From a virus (lineage: Duplodnaviria; Heunggongvirae; Uroviricota; Caudoviricetes), in the IMG/VR virus record IMGVR_UViG_3300021255_000108, positions 128,001 through 165,734 of that record: 37,734 bases of DNA. One strand, written 5' to 3'. The notes below the pieces were generated by a model. The model was not told where the DNA came from. It did no database searches and was given only the letters and a program-made list of their open reading frames with translations. Shown here piece after piece: positions 28,695 through 37,459 of the stretch. The first letter of the stretch is position 1, and every line of letters begins with the position of its first letter. The translations under genes were made by a program, and so were the position numbers.

Positions 28695-29370
28695 AGACCC
28701 CAAAGCTTAAATCCTATTTATAAACTCGCTCAACAACAATATCTTCTAACTAATCCTAACTCTCAACAACAGACAATAATTCTTTTCTAATAACCGGAAT
28801 TACCTTACCATTAACATTTTTACTATCAATAATTTCTCTCCATTTTATCAAACCTTCACGATAAAAACTTTTTAAAATCGTATCCAAAATAATATCCGCC
28901 GTCTTTGTCGTTTCCGCATACCCCAATGCGTCTTTCAATTCACTCAAAGTAAAAATGTAATTTTCATTTGTTTCCTTTTTCCACAAATATTTATTCAACA
29001 AATAAACATACACCCTAATAGATTGCGCGGAACGGTTAATCAATAAATAAAATAAAATATCATAATTAATTAACTAATATCTTTCACTATTCTCCGTCAA
29101 AATATAAATACTCTACCCGTCTTTCGTATCTTCTTTCAACAAACCTTTTTCAACCAATTTACTCAATCGATTAGTTACAGTGCGCGCAGTTTTACCTATC
29201 ATTGCCGCCATATTCTTTTTCAATTGCGCAACAGTCACCGCCGCAATATATCTCTATTGATTACTTGTATCAAACGTACTCTTACACTACAAGTAACCAT
29301 AAATCAAATCATCTGTTGAATAATTCATAAAATCCTATTCCAGGCTAAAACGCCTTTTCATTTCTGGCAT
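28693..29370 (-). CDS. wHTH replication-initiator-like protein, 225 aa, 8 in-frame TAG codons
   Basis: GGAGGGGTG RBS, ATG 29370. MAAMIGKTARTVTNRLSKLVEKGLL, and a second wHTH-like segment (RVYVYLL...FTLSELKDALGY...GLIKW). TAG at 29335, 29287, 29254, 29113, 29074, 28756, 28750 and 28714; TAA 28693. Confidence 0.7.
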
Positions 29371-29584
29371 AAAAATCACCCCTCCATTTTCTTAAAAAAT
29401 GGAAAAAACATCTTAATTTTCTATGCCCCTATATATAAAAATAGTATAAACTATCTTGAACTTCATCTATATACATTATATAAAAAATTTCCCTAATATT
29501 CAACTATCCAATCGCTACTTTATTTTTTTAAAAAAATTTAATATAATATATATACAAGATGAGGAAAGGAAAAGGGAATAAAAA

Positions 29585-29770
29585 ATGTGGGAAAACCTGA
29601 GATCATTTCTGCGCGAATATGTAGGTATCGGTTGGACTACTACTGGACACCCTATTTCTCTCGGTTATCTAGCACGTATCGACACAGCGACACCTGAACA
29701 ATTACTTAAAATTGCTGATGAACTTGGTATTGAAGTAAAAGGAGTAAATAATTATGGAGAAGATGACTAA
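29585..29770 (+). CDS. Small hypothetical protein
   Basis: Purine-rich RBS; overlaps the next gene. Confidence 0.7.
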   Translation: MWENLRSFLREYVGIGWTTTGHPISLGYLARIDTATPEQLLKIADELGIEVKGVNNYGEDD

Positions 29771-30158
29771 GAAAATCGCTCTCACTATGGCTATTGACGC
29801 ACTTAAATCTGTTGAAAATTCTGAAACCGCAATTGACATCCTTAAAAAGGAAATTGACCGTCTTAATACAACTTCTGTCCGTGCCTCCATCAAACGTGCC
29901 GAAAAGGCCGAAATGAAAGCCAACGAACTCATTGAACAGATTAAATCCGTTTTTATTAAAGTTAAGGATACCCCGCTTTCCGCAACAGATATTGCGGACT
30001 ATATCAACGACGAAACCATTACAAAGTCTAAAGTTTCTTATCGACTTGGCCGCATGGTTAAAGACAATATCCTCTCAAAAGAAGTTGCCGTCACGCAGGA
30101 TACTCTCGGAAACACGCACCGCACAACCGTTTACAAACTTATAAACGACCTTGCTTAA
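29754..30158 (+). CDS. Winged-helix DNA-binding protein, paralog 6
   Basis: MEKMTKKIALTMAI; LSATDIADYI...KSKVSYRLGRMVKDNIL. Confidence 0.75.
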   Translation: MEKMTKKIALTMAIDALKSVENSETAIDILKKEIDRLNTTSVRASIKRAEKAEMKANELIEQIKSVFIKVKDTPLSATDIADYINDETITKSKVSYRLGRMVKDNILSKEVAVTQDTLGNTHRTTVYKLINDLA

Positions 30159-30226
30159 CAGCAGGTCGTTTGATTTTTTTTATTTTTTTTGTTATTATAT
30201 ATATATAAAATCAAAGGAGAAAAAAT

Positions 30227-30424
30227 ATGACTATCACTACTGAACAGCGCAATCAGCTTGATGCCATTTATCGAGATATCGTAAATAAAAGAGAAGATAT
30301 TATTTATGCTCTAAACACGCTTGATGACCAAATCTTTAATCTCGAAAACATTCTTTGCGACCTACACGAAGAAGGCTGGACACCAAGCGACTTATTCTAT
30401 GAAGGTGGTATCTTTGATCGCTAA
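30227..30424 (+). CDS. Small coiled-coil protein
   Basis: AAGGAG RBS. Confidence 0.7.
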   Translation: MTITTEQRNQLDAIYRDIVNKREDIIYALNTLDDQIFNLENILCDLHEEGWTPSDLFYEGGIFDR

Positions 30425-30872
30425 AAGTTATCAAAACTATCCACAAATTGGCGCTCCATATTCAAAAGGAAAAAATACATATATCAAAATCCAAACGCCT
30501 TCTGGGGTGCGCGAAGTGCGTTGGTACACAGAGGCACAATACGAAAAACTTTATGGCGTCAAAATTGACAAAATCGATGATGCACGCCAACGTTTCGGCT
30601 TCTTTCCTAATGATACCCTGTATATCGCGCACGGAACCCCAGAAGCCTTAACTACATTCTTCTCTATTGAAACAAAGCATTTCGGACGATATTGCGCGAA
30701 GTGGGGATGGTATGTAGGCGTTTGGGCAAAAGAGTTCAATGTAGAACTTCTTAAAAAATACAAATCGCGCATGAAAGAACTCGGCATTACTTTCTATTGT
30801 TTACATTATAATAAAATTTCAGACGAAAAAGGCAGTATATTACCTTGGGAGGAAATGAATGGACACTTCTAA
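30414..30872 (+). CDS. Hypothetical phage protein
   Basis: AAGGTGG RBS, TTG 30414 (MIAKSYQ...REVRWY). Confidence 0.7.
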   Translation: MIAKSYQNYPQIGAPYSKGKNTYIKIQTPSGVREVRWYTEAQYEKLYGVKIDKIDDARQRFGFFPNDTLYIAHGTPEALTTFFSIETKHFGRYCAKWGWYVGVWAKEFNVELLKKYKSRMKELGITFYCLHYNKISDEKGSILPWEEMNGHF

Positions 30873-32616
30873 GTTGATTACTTTTGACTTATATAGACAC
30901 AAATATGTTAATACTGTTTCCAGTCGCGCGGATGCTCGAGCACCTCTCGATTATCTGTTGCGCTATTGGGAAGAGAATAAACAAAAGTATTTGACTAAAC
31001 TCTTTGGCGATGAATTAATTCTTGATAAAGAAATTACATATGAAAAATCAAATTCTGAAATGATAAAGCAGGCGCAACTTTTTAAATCTCAAAATATTAA
31101 ATTTGTTGAATTATACACTAATAAGTTGCGCGAAGCCTTTCACTACCCTGAAGGAGCAAGTCTTTATAGTTGGCCAGATAATTATCCAGCCGATCAATAC
31201 GATAGACTTAGAGACTTGTTGGATTTGCTACAGATTGATACATTGCTTAATAACCGTATTACAAGACTTGTCAATTGTGATCCTTCTTGGACAGTTGATA
31301 TTAATGGCACAATCATTTCTTTACAATTGGGAATGAAGACAATGAAAGCATTGGCAAAAGTTTGTCGAGCTTTAAATATCAATGAAGAGTTTGAAGAATT
31401 TAGACTTGGTCAGTCTATGCTTACTAATCAAAAGCGCATTACTGGTACTCTTCATTTGTCTATTCATCCAACCGACTTTGCTACTGCCTCTGATAATTCT
31501 AATAACTGGTCTTCTTGTATGTCTTGGTCTAATAATGGTTGCTATCGTCTTGGTACAGTAGAAATGATGAATAGCCCAATGGTACTTTGCGCCTACATTT
31601 CTTCTAATAATACCGAGATGGATATCGACAGTAGCCACAAATGGAATAGTAAGAAGTGGCGGGCTTGGGTCATTGTTCATCCGCAGTTTATTTTCGTTAA
31701 TCGTCACTATCCGTACCACAACGAAAAGATCGCCGAAATCGTCTTAAATTGGGTTAAAGATTTGGCTAAAGAAAAATTGGGATGGGAATATACTGACGTT
31801 ATTCAAAATTTTGTGGACTACTGGAATAATATGAGTTATAATTCTCCTGCTTGGGACAATAATATCGTCATTTCAACCAACTTTATGTATAATGATATTG
31901 GTGGGGATGATATTATTGGATGTATGTCTACTACACATATCCCTGAAAAAGATAAAAACTTTGAATATGAAATCAATATTTCTGGTCCTGCGGAATGTAT
32001 GTATTGCGGCAAAAGGATATATTGGGGCGATAACTCGGATTCCGACACGTTGCTTTGTGACGAATGTAAACCGATTGAATATTGCTCTTATTGCGGCGAT
32101 GAACTTGACGAAGTAAATGGTATGTATGTTTCCCCAGACGATGGTTCTTTTCTTTGTCCGAGTTGTTATGTTGACTTCTTTACTCAGTGTCATCATTGCG
32201 GTAGTATTGAAAATCGTCGAGAGATGAGTATAGTAATAGCACCTCTTAATGAAACCAGATATTATTATAGAAAATCTGTTTTCGCGGTGCTATGCGAAAA
32301 TTGTTTGCGGACATATCTAAGAAATAAAGTTATTATTCCACTCTCGGAAGCGTTTAAATGTATTTTTGATTCAGAAGAAATGAATGATCGTTGGCAGCAG
32401 GCTTTGTACTATGGACAGAGTGTTGGTTCATATCAGACTGATGATATTTATGTATTGAATCCATCACCAGACGTATTTTATACTGAAACAGATTTAAGAT
32501 ATATGTTCGGTAAAGATATTGTAGAGGATTATTGTGCTGAATCTGTACATTGGGATGAAGTAGATAATATAGGTATTAATGAGTGGCGAGATAGTTATAA
32601 AGGAAGTGAAAACTAA
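30859..32616 (+). CDS. Large protein with multiple Zn-ribbon (CxxC) motifs
   Basis: LHLSIHPTDF..ASDN...WSSCM segment; CMYC, CDEC, CSYC, CPSC, CHHC, CENC. Confidence 0.8.
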   Translation: MDTSKLITFDLYRHKYVNTVSSRADARAPLDYLLRYWEENKQKYLTKLFGDELILDKEITYEKSNSEMIKQAQLFKSQNIKFVELYTNKLREAFHYPEGASLYSWPDNYPADQYDRLRDLLDLLQIDTLLNNRITRLVNCDPSWTVDINGTIISLQLGMKTMKALAKVCRALNINEEFEEFRLGQSMLTNQKRITGTLHLSIHPTDFATASDNSNNWSSCMSWSNNGCYRLGTVEMMNSPMVLCAYISSNNTEMDIDSSHKWNSKKWRAWVIVHPQFIFVNRHYPYHNEKIAEIVLNWVKDLAKEKLGWEYTDVIQNFVDYWNNMSYNSPAWDNNIVISTNFMYNDIGGDDIIGCMSTTHIPEKDKNFEYEINISGPAECMYCGKRIYWGDNSDSDTLLCDECKPIEYCSYCGDELDEVNGMYVSPDDGSFLCPSCYVDFFTQCHHCGSIENRREMSIVIAPLNETRYYYRKSVFAVLCENCLRTYLRNKVIIPLSEAFKCIFDSEEMNDRWQQALYYGQSVGSYQTDDIYVLNPSPDVFYTETDLRYMFGKDIVEDYCAESVHWDEVDNIGINEWRDSYKGSEN

Positions 32617-33414
32617 ATGCGTTTTAGCGCATCATATAGACAATATACCCATTATAAAGATTTAAGTGAAATTAAATTTCCAATTTCCCTCTTGTCTAAT
32701 GCTGTAAATACAGCATTACAGTACCCCGATAAACGCATTGTCGTTCATATTGTAGAATTGGAAGGAACAATAGCTATCGACAAGCTATTACAAATCTTAA
32801 CGGATACTCCCAATCTATATCTTGAATTGTACAATATAGAAGATGTCCTTACTTTAACTTCTGCCTTAAAGACATTTGGCGATAATAAGAAAATATTTTA
32901 TCATCATCCAGCCACTACTTTTAATATGATTTATTTTCTTATGAAAAATAATGTAAGTGACATCGTACTTGGCGAACCAATCGTATTCGATTTATCGGAA
33001 GTGCGCAAAATGGTGCCGAAAAGTAGTGGCGTCATTCTCCGCGTTAATCCCGTACAAGGCCGCCCACCGCTCTATGAAAGCATTAAAGATGAAGACGATG
33101 GACTTTATCATTTTTGGGCTGTTCCCCAGTCAGTGCGCCTGTATGATGAATATGTAGATGTATTCGATTTAAATGATCCAAATGAACAGCGCGAAGATGT
33201 ATTGATTACTATCTTTTCACGAGAAGAGTATAATCATTCATTAAGTTCGCTATGTTCAAATGTAGATAATAACATCCCTTGTTCTGTGTTTTCTGATGAA
33301 GATTTGCGGTATAGGCTTACGTGTCGTCAGCGTTGTATACGAGGAACTTGCCACCGGTGTAGAGTCATTTCTGATATGTATTTAAGAATAAAGGATTTAC
33401 AAAATGGAAAATAA
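32617..33414 (+). CDS. Hypothetical protein with C-terminal Cys cluster (possibly U32-peptidase-like TIM barrel)
   Basis: C-terminal CRQRC....CHRC; family call tentative. Confidence 0.6.
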   Translation: MRFSASYRQYTHYKDLSEIKFPISLLSNAVNTALQYPDKRIVVHIVELEGTIAIDKLLQILTDTPNLYLELYNIEDVLTLTSALKTFGDNKKIFYHHPATTFNMIYFLMKNNVSDIVLGEPIVFDLSEVRKMVPKSSGVILRVNPVQGRPPLYESIKDEDDGLYHFWAVPQSVRLYDEYVDVFDLNDPNEQREDVLITIFSREEYNHSLSSLCSNVDNNIPCSVFSDEDLRYRLTCRQRCIRGTCHRCRVISDMYLRIKDLQNGK

Positions 33415-34378
33415 GTTATTTTCAAAAAAAGATCGCCGCACTTACGAACATCTCTGTTGTTTAACAGAACGTGGCGTGATCCAAATGATGACAATGTTTT
33501 TGCGGTCAAGGTATAAAAATATTATCATTACACCGTCATACATTATCGCTATTGGCGATATACCAATCGGTTTGTGCGCTCACGCCGATACCGTATTTCC
33601 AAAACCGCCAACAGAGAGTGAATTTTATTACGATACAGAAAAAAATGTAATATGGAATAGCGGTGGCGCTGGGGCTGATGATCGGGCAGGCATTTTCAGC
33701 ATTATTTATCTCTTGCGCAATTATCCTGAATTAAAACCATATATCTTTATAACAACTGGAGAAGAAACTTTTTGTATGGGCGCCAACAAATTGTGCGCTC
33801 ATTTCCCTGAATTTCCTTATAAATTAAAATATCTTATTCAGTTGGATAGACGTGGCCATAACGATGCCGTATATTATGAGTGCGCGAATACTGATTTTGA
33901 AAATTATATCAACAAATTTGGATTTAAGACGGCATTAGGATCATATACAGATATTTCTGTACTTGCGCCGCACTTTAAGTGCGCGGCGGTGAATTTATCT
34001 ATTGGTTATGTCGATGAACATTCTCGTCTTGAAAGATTGTATGTAAATCATATGTTTGAAACAATTGATAAAGTAGTTAAAATCTTGAAAGATGAGCCGA
34101 ATTCATCGTATTATGAATATATAGAAGCACCACCGTATAATCTGTTTAAATTTGAAGGTGATTCAGTTATTTGTAATAATTGCTCTCAGCCTGTTAAAAT
34201 ACAGGATGTGCTTCCTTTATATTCTTTAAAAGATAAAAAATACATTAACATTTGTTTGAATTGTTATGCTAAAATATTTGATCACATTGCTTGGTGTGAC
34301 AAATGTTATAAAGGATTTTTGTTCACTAAACCAGTAGAAGACCAGTTTTATGTTTGCGATGAATGTAAGGATAATTGA
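33404..34378 (+). CDS. M28/M20-family Zn peptidase/amidohydrolase with C-terminal Zn ribbons
   Basis: AHADTV, GADDRAG, GEE, QLDRRG, YTD, GY..EH metal-ligand motifs. Confidence 0.8.
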   Translation: MENKLFSKKDRRTYEHLCCLTERGVIQMMTMFLRSRYKNIIITPSYIIAIGDIPIGLCAHADTVFPKPPTESEFYYDTEKNVIWNSGGAGADDRAGIFSIIYLLRNYPELKPYIFITTGEETFCMGANKLCAHFPEFPYKLKYLIQLDRRGHNDAVYYECANTDFENYINKFGFKTALGSYTDISVLAPHFKCAAVNLSIGYVDEHSRLERLYVNHMFETIDKVVKILKDEPNSSYYEYIEAPPYNLFKFEGDSVICNNCSQPVKIQDVLPLYSLKDKKYINICLNCYAKIFDHIAWCDKCYKGFLFTKPVEDQFYVCDECKDN

Positions 34379-34437
34379 AAAAATTAAAAAAATAATATAT
34401 TATATATATACAAAATAAGAAAGGGAATAAAGAATAT

Positions 34438-34758
34438 ATGGCAGCACGAGGCTCAGTAGCAAAAGAAGTAGTAATCGAAAAGATTAAAGCCGCATTTGGT
34501 GAGGATTTTGCGGGCATTGATGAAAAGAAGAAACTGTATGTATGGGCAAATGATGGCGGAGAAAAAGTACAGATCGCAATCGCACTCACTTGTCCTAAAG
34601 CCAACGTTGATTTTGGTGCGGCACCAGCACCAACGACTGGTAACGCTCTTAATTTTGATGATGAAGATACGCCGCAGTCGCAGGGATCTTCAGTTCCGCA
34701 GATGGGTGAAGACGAAAAGGCGACTCTTGATAGACTTATGAAGGAACTTGGTCTGTAA
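34438..34758 (+). CDS. Hypothetical phage protein
   Basis: 106-aa ORF, coupled to the next gene via TAATG. Confidence 0.8.
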   Translation: MAARGSVAKEVVIEKIKAAFGEDFAGIDEKKKLYVWANDGGEKVQIAIALTCPKANVDFGAAPAPTTGNALNFDDEDTPQSQGSSVPQMGEDEKATLDRLMKELGL

Positions 34759-35225
34759 TGACCATTTATACTTCATATTTCTATCAAATTAGATTTTTTC
34801 CTCAAAATTTAGTGCCACTATCTACCGCAGTTTGGGATCCGAAATGGTTTTATGATAATAAAAAACAAGGTTATGTATGGAAAGATAAGCGCGGCGTATT
34901 GAATGGTATTCGCGCAATTCCTTTTGTTCCAAATGATAGTTGTAATGGTTTATGCCGTGGTAAAGAAACTTGTGAGACAAATGATCCAGAAAAATGCCTA
35001 TTTTTGAAGGTCTATTTAGCTCAATTGCGGCAATTGGATTTTAGTAATATTATACAACGATTTTATGATCTGGGTAATCGTATTGGTGGTAGCCCTGATT
35101 TCGCATTAATTTTTCACGAAGCCACAAATAATCCTTGTAGCGAGCGATGGATGGTACAAAAGTGGTTTAAAGAAAATAATTTTCCGATAAAAGAATGGCA
35201 AGTGGAAAATTTTAAAAATATTTGA
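34758..35225 (+). CDS. DUF488-like protein
   Basis: N-terminal IYTSYF; ALIFHE....CSER..V..W resembles the DUF488 pattern. Confidence 0.55.
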   Translation: MTIYTSYFYQIRFFPQNLVPLSTAVWDPKWFYDNKKQGYVWKDKRGVLNGIRAIPFVPNDSCNGLCRGKETCETNDPEKCLFLKVYLAQLRQLDFSNIIQRFYDLGNRIGGSPDFALIFHEATNNPCSERWMVQKWFKENNFPIKEWQVENFKNI

Positions 35226-35462
35226 TATAATATATATGTAAGATGAACGTGGTGGTAAAAATGATTTACCTCAATTGGCGCAAGTTTCTGCGCAGCCACA
35301 AACAGTAGACCGCGACTGATAGAAGCGGGTGCGCTACACTTCGGAAACGGGAAGTGGGGATAGGCAAAGACCAGACCCGAAAAGATAAGGATGGCAATTA
35401 AGTAAGTCCACGCCGAAGGAATAGGGAAGCCTTAAAGTATTACAAAGAAAGGAATACACATT

Positions 35463-35882
35463 ATGTCTTATAATCCAAACACGGGCAAGTGGGAGTATGA
35501 CTATAGGATGCCATATAAACCAGGGTGGCTGTCTTCCCGCAATAAGAGAAAACATCAGCGACATATGAATAAAGCAATGCGTCTGGTAAACAACATGATT
35601 AAAAATGATCCGTTGTGGCGAGGAAGGTTCTATGTGCGCAGCGGGGCAACTTGCTTCTGTCTTTATGAAGATGGATCTGGTGGCGAGTTATTCTGCGAAC
35701 TTCTTTTCTTTGATAAAAAGACTGGACGTACAGTTAAGGATTACGAAAGTGTAAACCATTGGTGTTATTTCGGCGGACACCATCTGTTCGAAAGAATGAA
35801 TGAATTTATAATAGAAGACTGTAAAGTTTGGTCGGAAAATCCGGGCCCCAGGATGGACAATGTAGATTATAATAGGAGGTAA
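35463..35882 (+). CDS. Hypothetical protein
   Basis: AAAGGA RBS, 139 aa. Confidence 0.75.
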   Translation: MSYNPNTGKWEYDYRMPYKPGWLSSRNKRKHQRHMNKAMRLVNNMIKNDPLWRGRFYVRSGATCFCLYEDGSGGELFCELLFFDKKTGRTVKDYESVNHWCYFGGHHLFERMNEFIIEDCKVWSENPGPRMDNVDYNRR

Positions 35883-35887
35883 CTTAT

Positions 35888-35995
35888 ATGCTCATTTATT
35901 CTTCTGACTATGATTACCCCACCAGTTATAGTTGCGGTGCGAATGAAATAAGGAACGACTATTATGACTACGATGAAGATGAGGAAGAGGATTAA
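35888..35995 (+). CDS. Tiny acidic peptide (35 aa)
   Basis: AGGAGGT RBS; ends DYYDYDEDEEED. Confidence 0.5.
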   Translation: MLIYSSDYDYPTSYSCGANEIRNDYYDYDEDEEED

Positions 35996-36014
35996 ATAAA
36001 TCCTCTCCTTTTAT

Positions 36015-36091
36015 CCGCCATTAGCTCAGTAGGTCAGAGCGACGGCCTTATAAGCCGTGTGTCCTTGGTTCAAGTCCAAGATGGCGGACCA
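36015..36091 (+). tRNA. tRNA-Ile (anticodon UAU)
   Basis: CCGCCAT/ATGGCGG-A-CCA; ACGGC-CTTATAA-GCCGT; TTCAA T loop. Confidence 0.9.
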
Positions 36092-36186
36092 GGCTAATTT
36101 TAGCCTTTTAATTATATGGAACTAAACTACTCTGAGTTCCTGCGGTTCAAGAGTAGGGTTTGCGGCGCCTGAGACCGCATTTATAT

Positions 36187-36271
36187 GCGTCAGTAGGAAA
36201 TCGGCAACTCCACGAGACTGTAAATCTCGCTCCTTCGGGAATAGGTGGGTCGGCACCACCCTGGCGCACCA
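36187..36271 (+). tRNA. tRNA-Tyr (GUA), atypical T loop
   Basis: GCGTCAG/CTGGCGC-A-CCA; CGAGA-CTGTAAA-TCTCG; long variable arm; T loop GTCGGCA. Confidence 0.8.
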
Positions 36272-36397
36272 TTACGCCTTACTCGGGCCGTTTAAGAGGT
36301 GGCAAGGAACCCAGCTGCCAGAGCAAAAAGATAGAAGGCGCGGCAGTATAGCGCCCCATATGGACAAAACCATTACAATATTCTATCTTATTAACTT

Positions 36398-36467
36398 GGC
36401 GAAATGCCAGATTGGTAATTGGGTGTAGGACGCTCACTTGAAGGTTCAATTCCTTCTTTCGCCGCCA
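36398..36467 (+). ncRNA. tRNA-like RNA lacking a canonical anticodon arm
   Basis: GGCGAAA/TTTCGCC-G-CCA; D arm; GAAGG-TTCAATT-CCTTC; only about 16 nt between the D and T arms. Confidence 0.65.
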
Positions 36468-36468
36468 T

Positions 36469-36601
36469 GAATGACAAGAGAGTACCCCTTGCGTGCGCGT
36501 TGCGCAGGGACGGAGTGTGAGTCGCGTCGGGAGACGTCTGGGTTAGAATGTAGCACCAGATATTAGGAGTTGATCGCCCTATAAGGCTCACTAAGTCATT
36601 C
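36469..36601 (+). ncRNA. Candidate multibranch ncRNA in the tRNA cluster
   Basis: GAATGAC/GTCATTC closing stem with several internal hairpins, followed by T6. Confidence 0.5.
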
Positions 36602-36612
36602 TTTTTTAGTAT

Positions 36613-36688
36613 CCAGGGTTAGCTCAGTTGGGAGAGCGTCTGGCTTACAACCAGAAGGTCGGCGGTTCGAGCCCGTCACTCCGGACCA
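36613..36688 (+). tRNA. tRNA-Val (UAC)
   Basis: TCTGG-CTTACAA-CCAGA; GGTTCGAGCC T arm; CCA end; one A-C mismatch in the acceptor stem. Confidence 0.88.
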
Positions 36689-36696
36689 TATTTAAT

Positions 36697-36774
36697 GCGC
36701 GTGTAGCTCAGTTGGTATAGAGCACGTGACTTTTAATCACGGTGCCGAGGGTTCGAATCCCTCCACGCGCACCA
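36697..36774 (+). tRNA. tRNA-Lys (UUU)
   Basis: GCGCGTG/CACGCGC-A-CCA; CGTGA-CTTTTAA-TCACG; GGTTCGAATCC. Confidence 0.93.
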
Positions 36775-36809
36775 TTTATATACGTTACAAAACGGAGGAT
36801 GATAAATAT

Positions 36810-36926
36810 ATGGAAACATGTAAAAGATGTAATGGTCATAAAATTATCGTAATAAGATATAAAGGCAAACAGTGCGTACATCCTTGCGTATATTGTAAAG
36901 GCATTGGTAAAGTAGAGTTTAATTAA
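36810..36926 (+). CDS. Small DnaJ-type Zn-finger peptide (38 aa)
   Basis: GGAGG RBS; CKRCNG...CVYCKGIG. Confidence 0.65.
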   Translation: METCKRCNGHKIIVIRYKGKQCVHPCVYCKGIGKVEFN

Positions 36927-36937
36927 AATTTTATTAT

Positions 36938-37099
36938 ATGAAAATATTAAAAATGATTTTCTGTTACCATAAATATAAGTATATCAGGAAACTTTATGGC
37001 GATGAAATTAACATCCACAATGGCAAACGTGCGGAATATTGTTGTGAAAAATGTGGTATGTATAAATGGAAATGGTTGAAAAAGGAGAGAATATTGTGA
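36938..37099 (+). CDS. Small Zn-ribbon-like protein (53 aa)
   Basis: FCYHKY...CEKCG; stop overlaps the next GTG. Confidence 0.6.
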   Translation: MKILKMIFCYHKYKYIRKLYGDEINIHNGKRAEYCCEKCGMYKWKWLKKERIL

Positions 37100-37266
37100 T
37101 TGATAAAGTCATTAATGATTTAGAAACCGCAAAACGCATATTAGCCTATCCAAATCCGCTAGGTGTGTCAATACGAATAAAAATTGGACAAGCCATAACA
37201 GAAGCAATCGAACTGCTAAACAAGAATAAAAAAGAAGAGATCGATCATGGAACAGAAACCACTTAA
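37096..37266 (+). CDS. Small hypothetical protein
   Basis: AAGGAG RBS, GTG 37096. Confidence 0.65.
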   Translation: MIDKVINDLETAKRILAYPNPLGVSIRIKIGQAITEAIELLNKNKKEEIDHGTETT

Positions 37267-37444
37267 AATCAAGTATGGAACAATTGGATTCGTTTATGTT
37301 TGGTGCTATTTTTTGGTACACAAATATTATCCAGATTTATTTGAGCTTATGAAGCTTACTAAAGATCATAATTTTGGAACAGGATTTTTCTTCATTATGT
37401 TTACTATTATGCCGATACTTCCTTTATTAGCATGCAACGATTAA
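37247..37444 (+). CDS. Small membrane protein
   Basis: Two hydrophobic segments. Confidence 0.6.
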   Translation: MEQKPLKIKYGTIGFVYVWCYFLVHKYYPDLFELMKLTKDHNFGTGFFFIMFTIMPILPLLACND

Positions 37445-37459
37445 AAATAGGAGATTGCT

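Noticed and set aside
35310-35400. Hammerhead ribozyme (CTGATAGA ... GAAA)
   Set aside because: The core deviates from CUGANGA and I could not build the three required stems.
36000-36780. Amber suppressor tRNA (CUA)
   Set aside because: The anticodons read TAT, GTA, TAC and TTT, and neither tRNA-like element shows CTA in a loop. A suppressor may lie outside the window.
36160-36809. Track ORFs 36160-36351, 36391-36591 and the 5' part of 36726-36926
   Set aside because: They overlap tRNA or tRNA-like genes. Only the RBS-led part from 36810 is retained.
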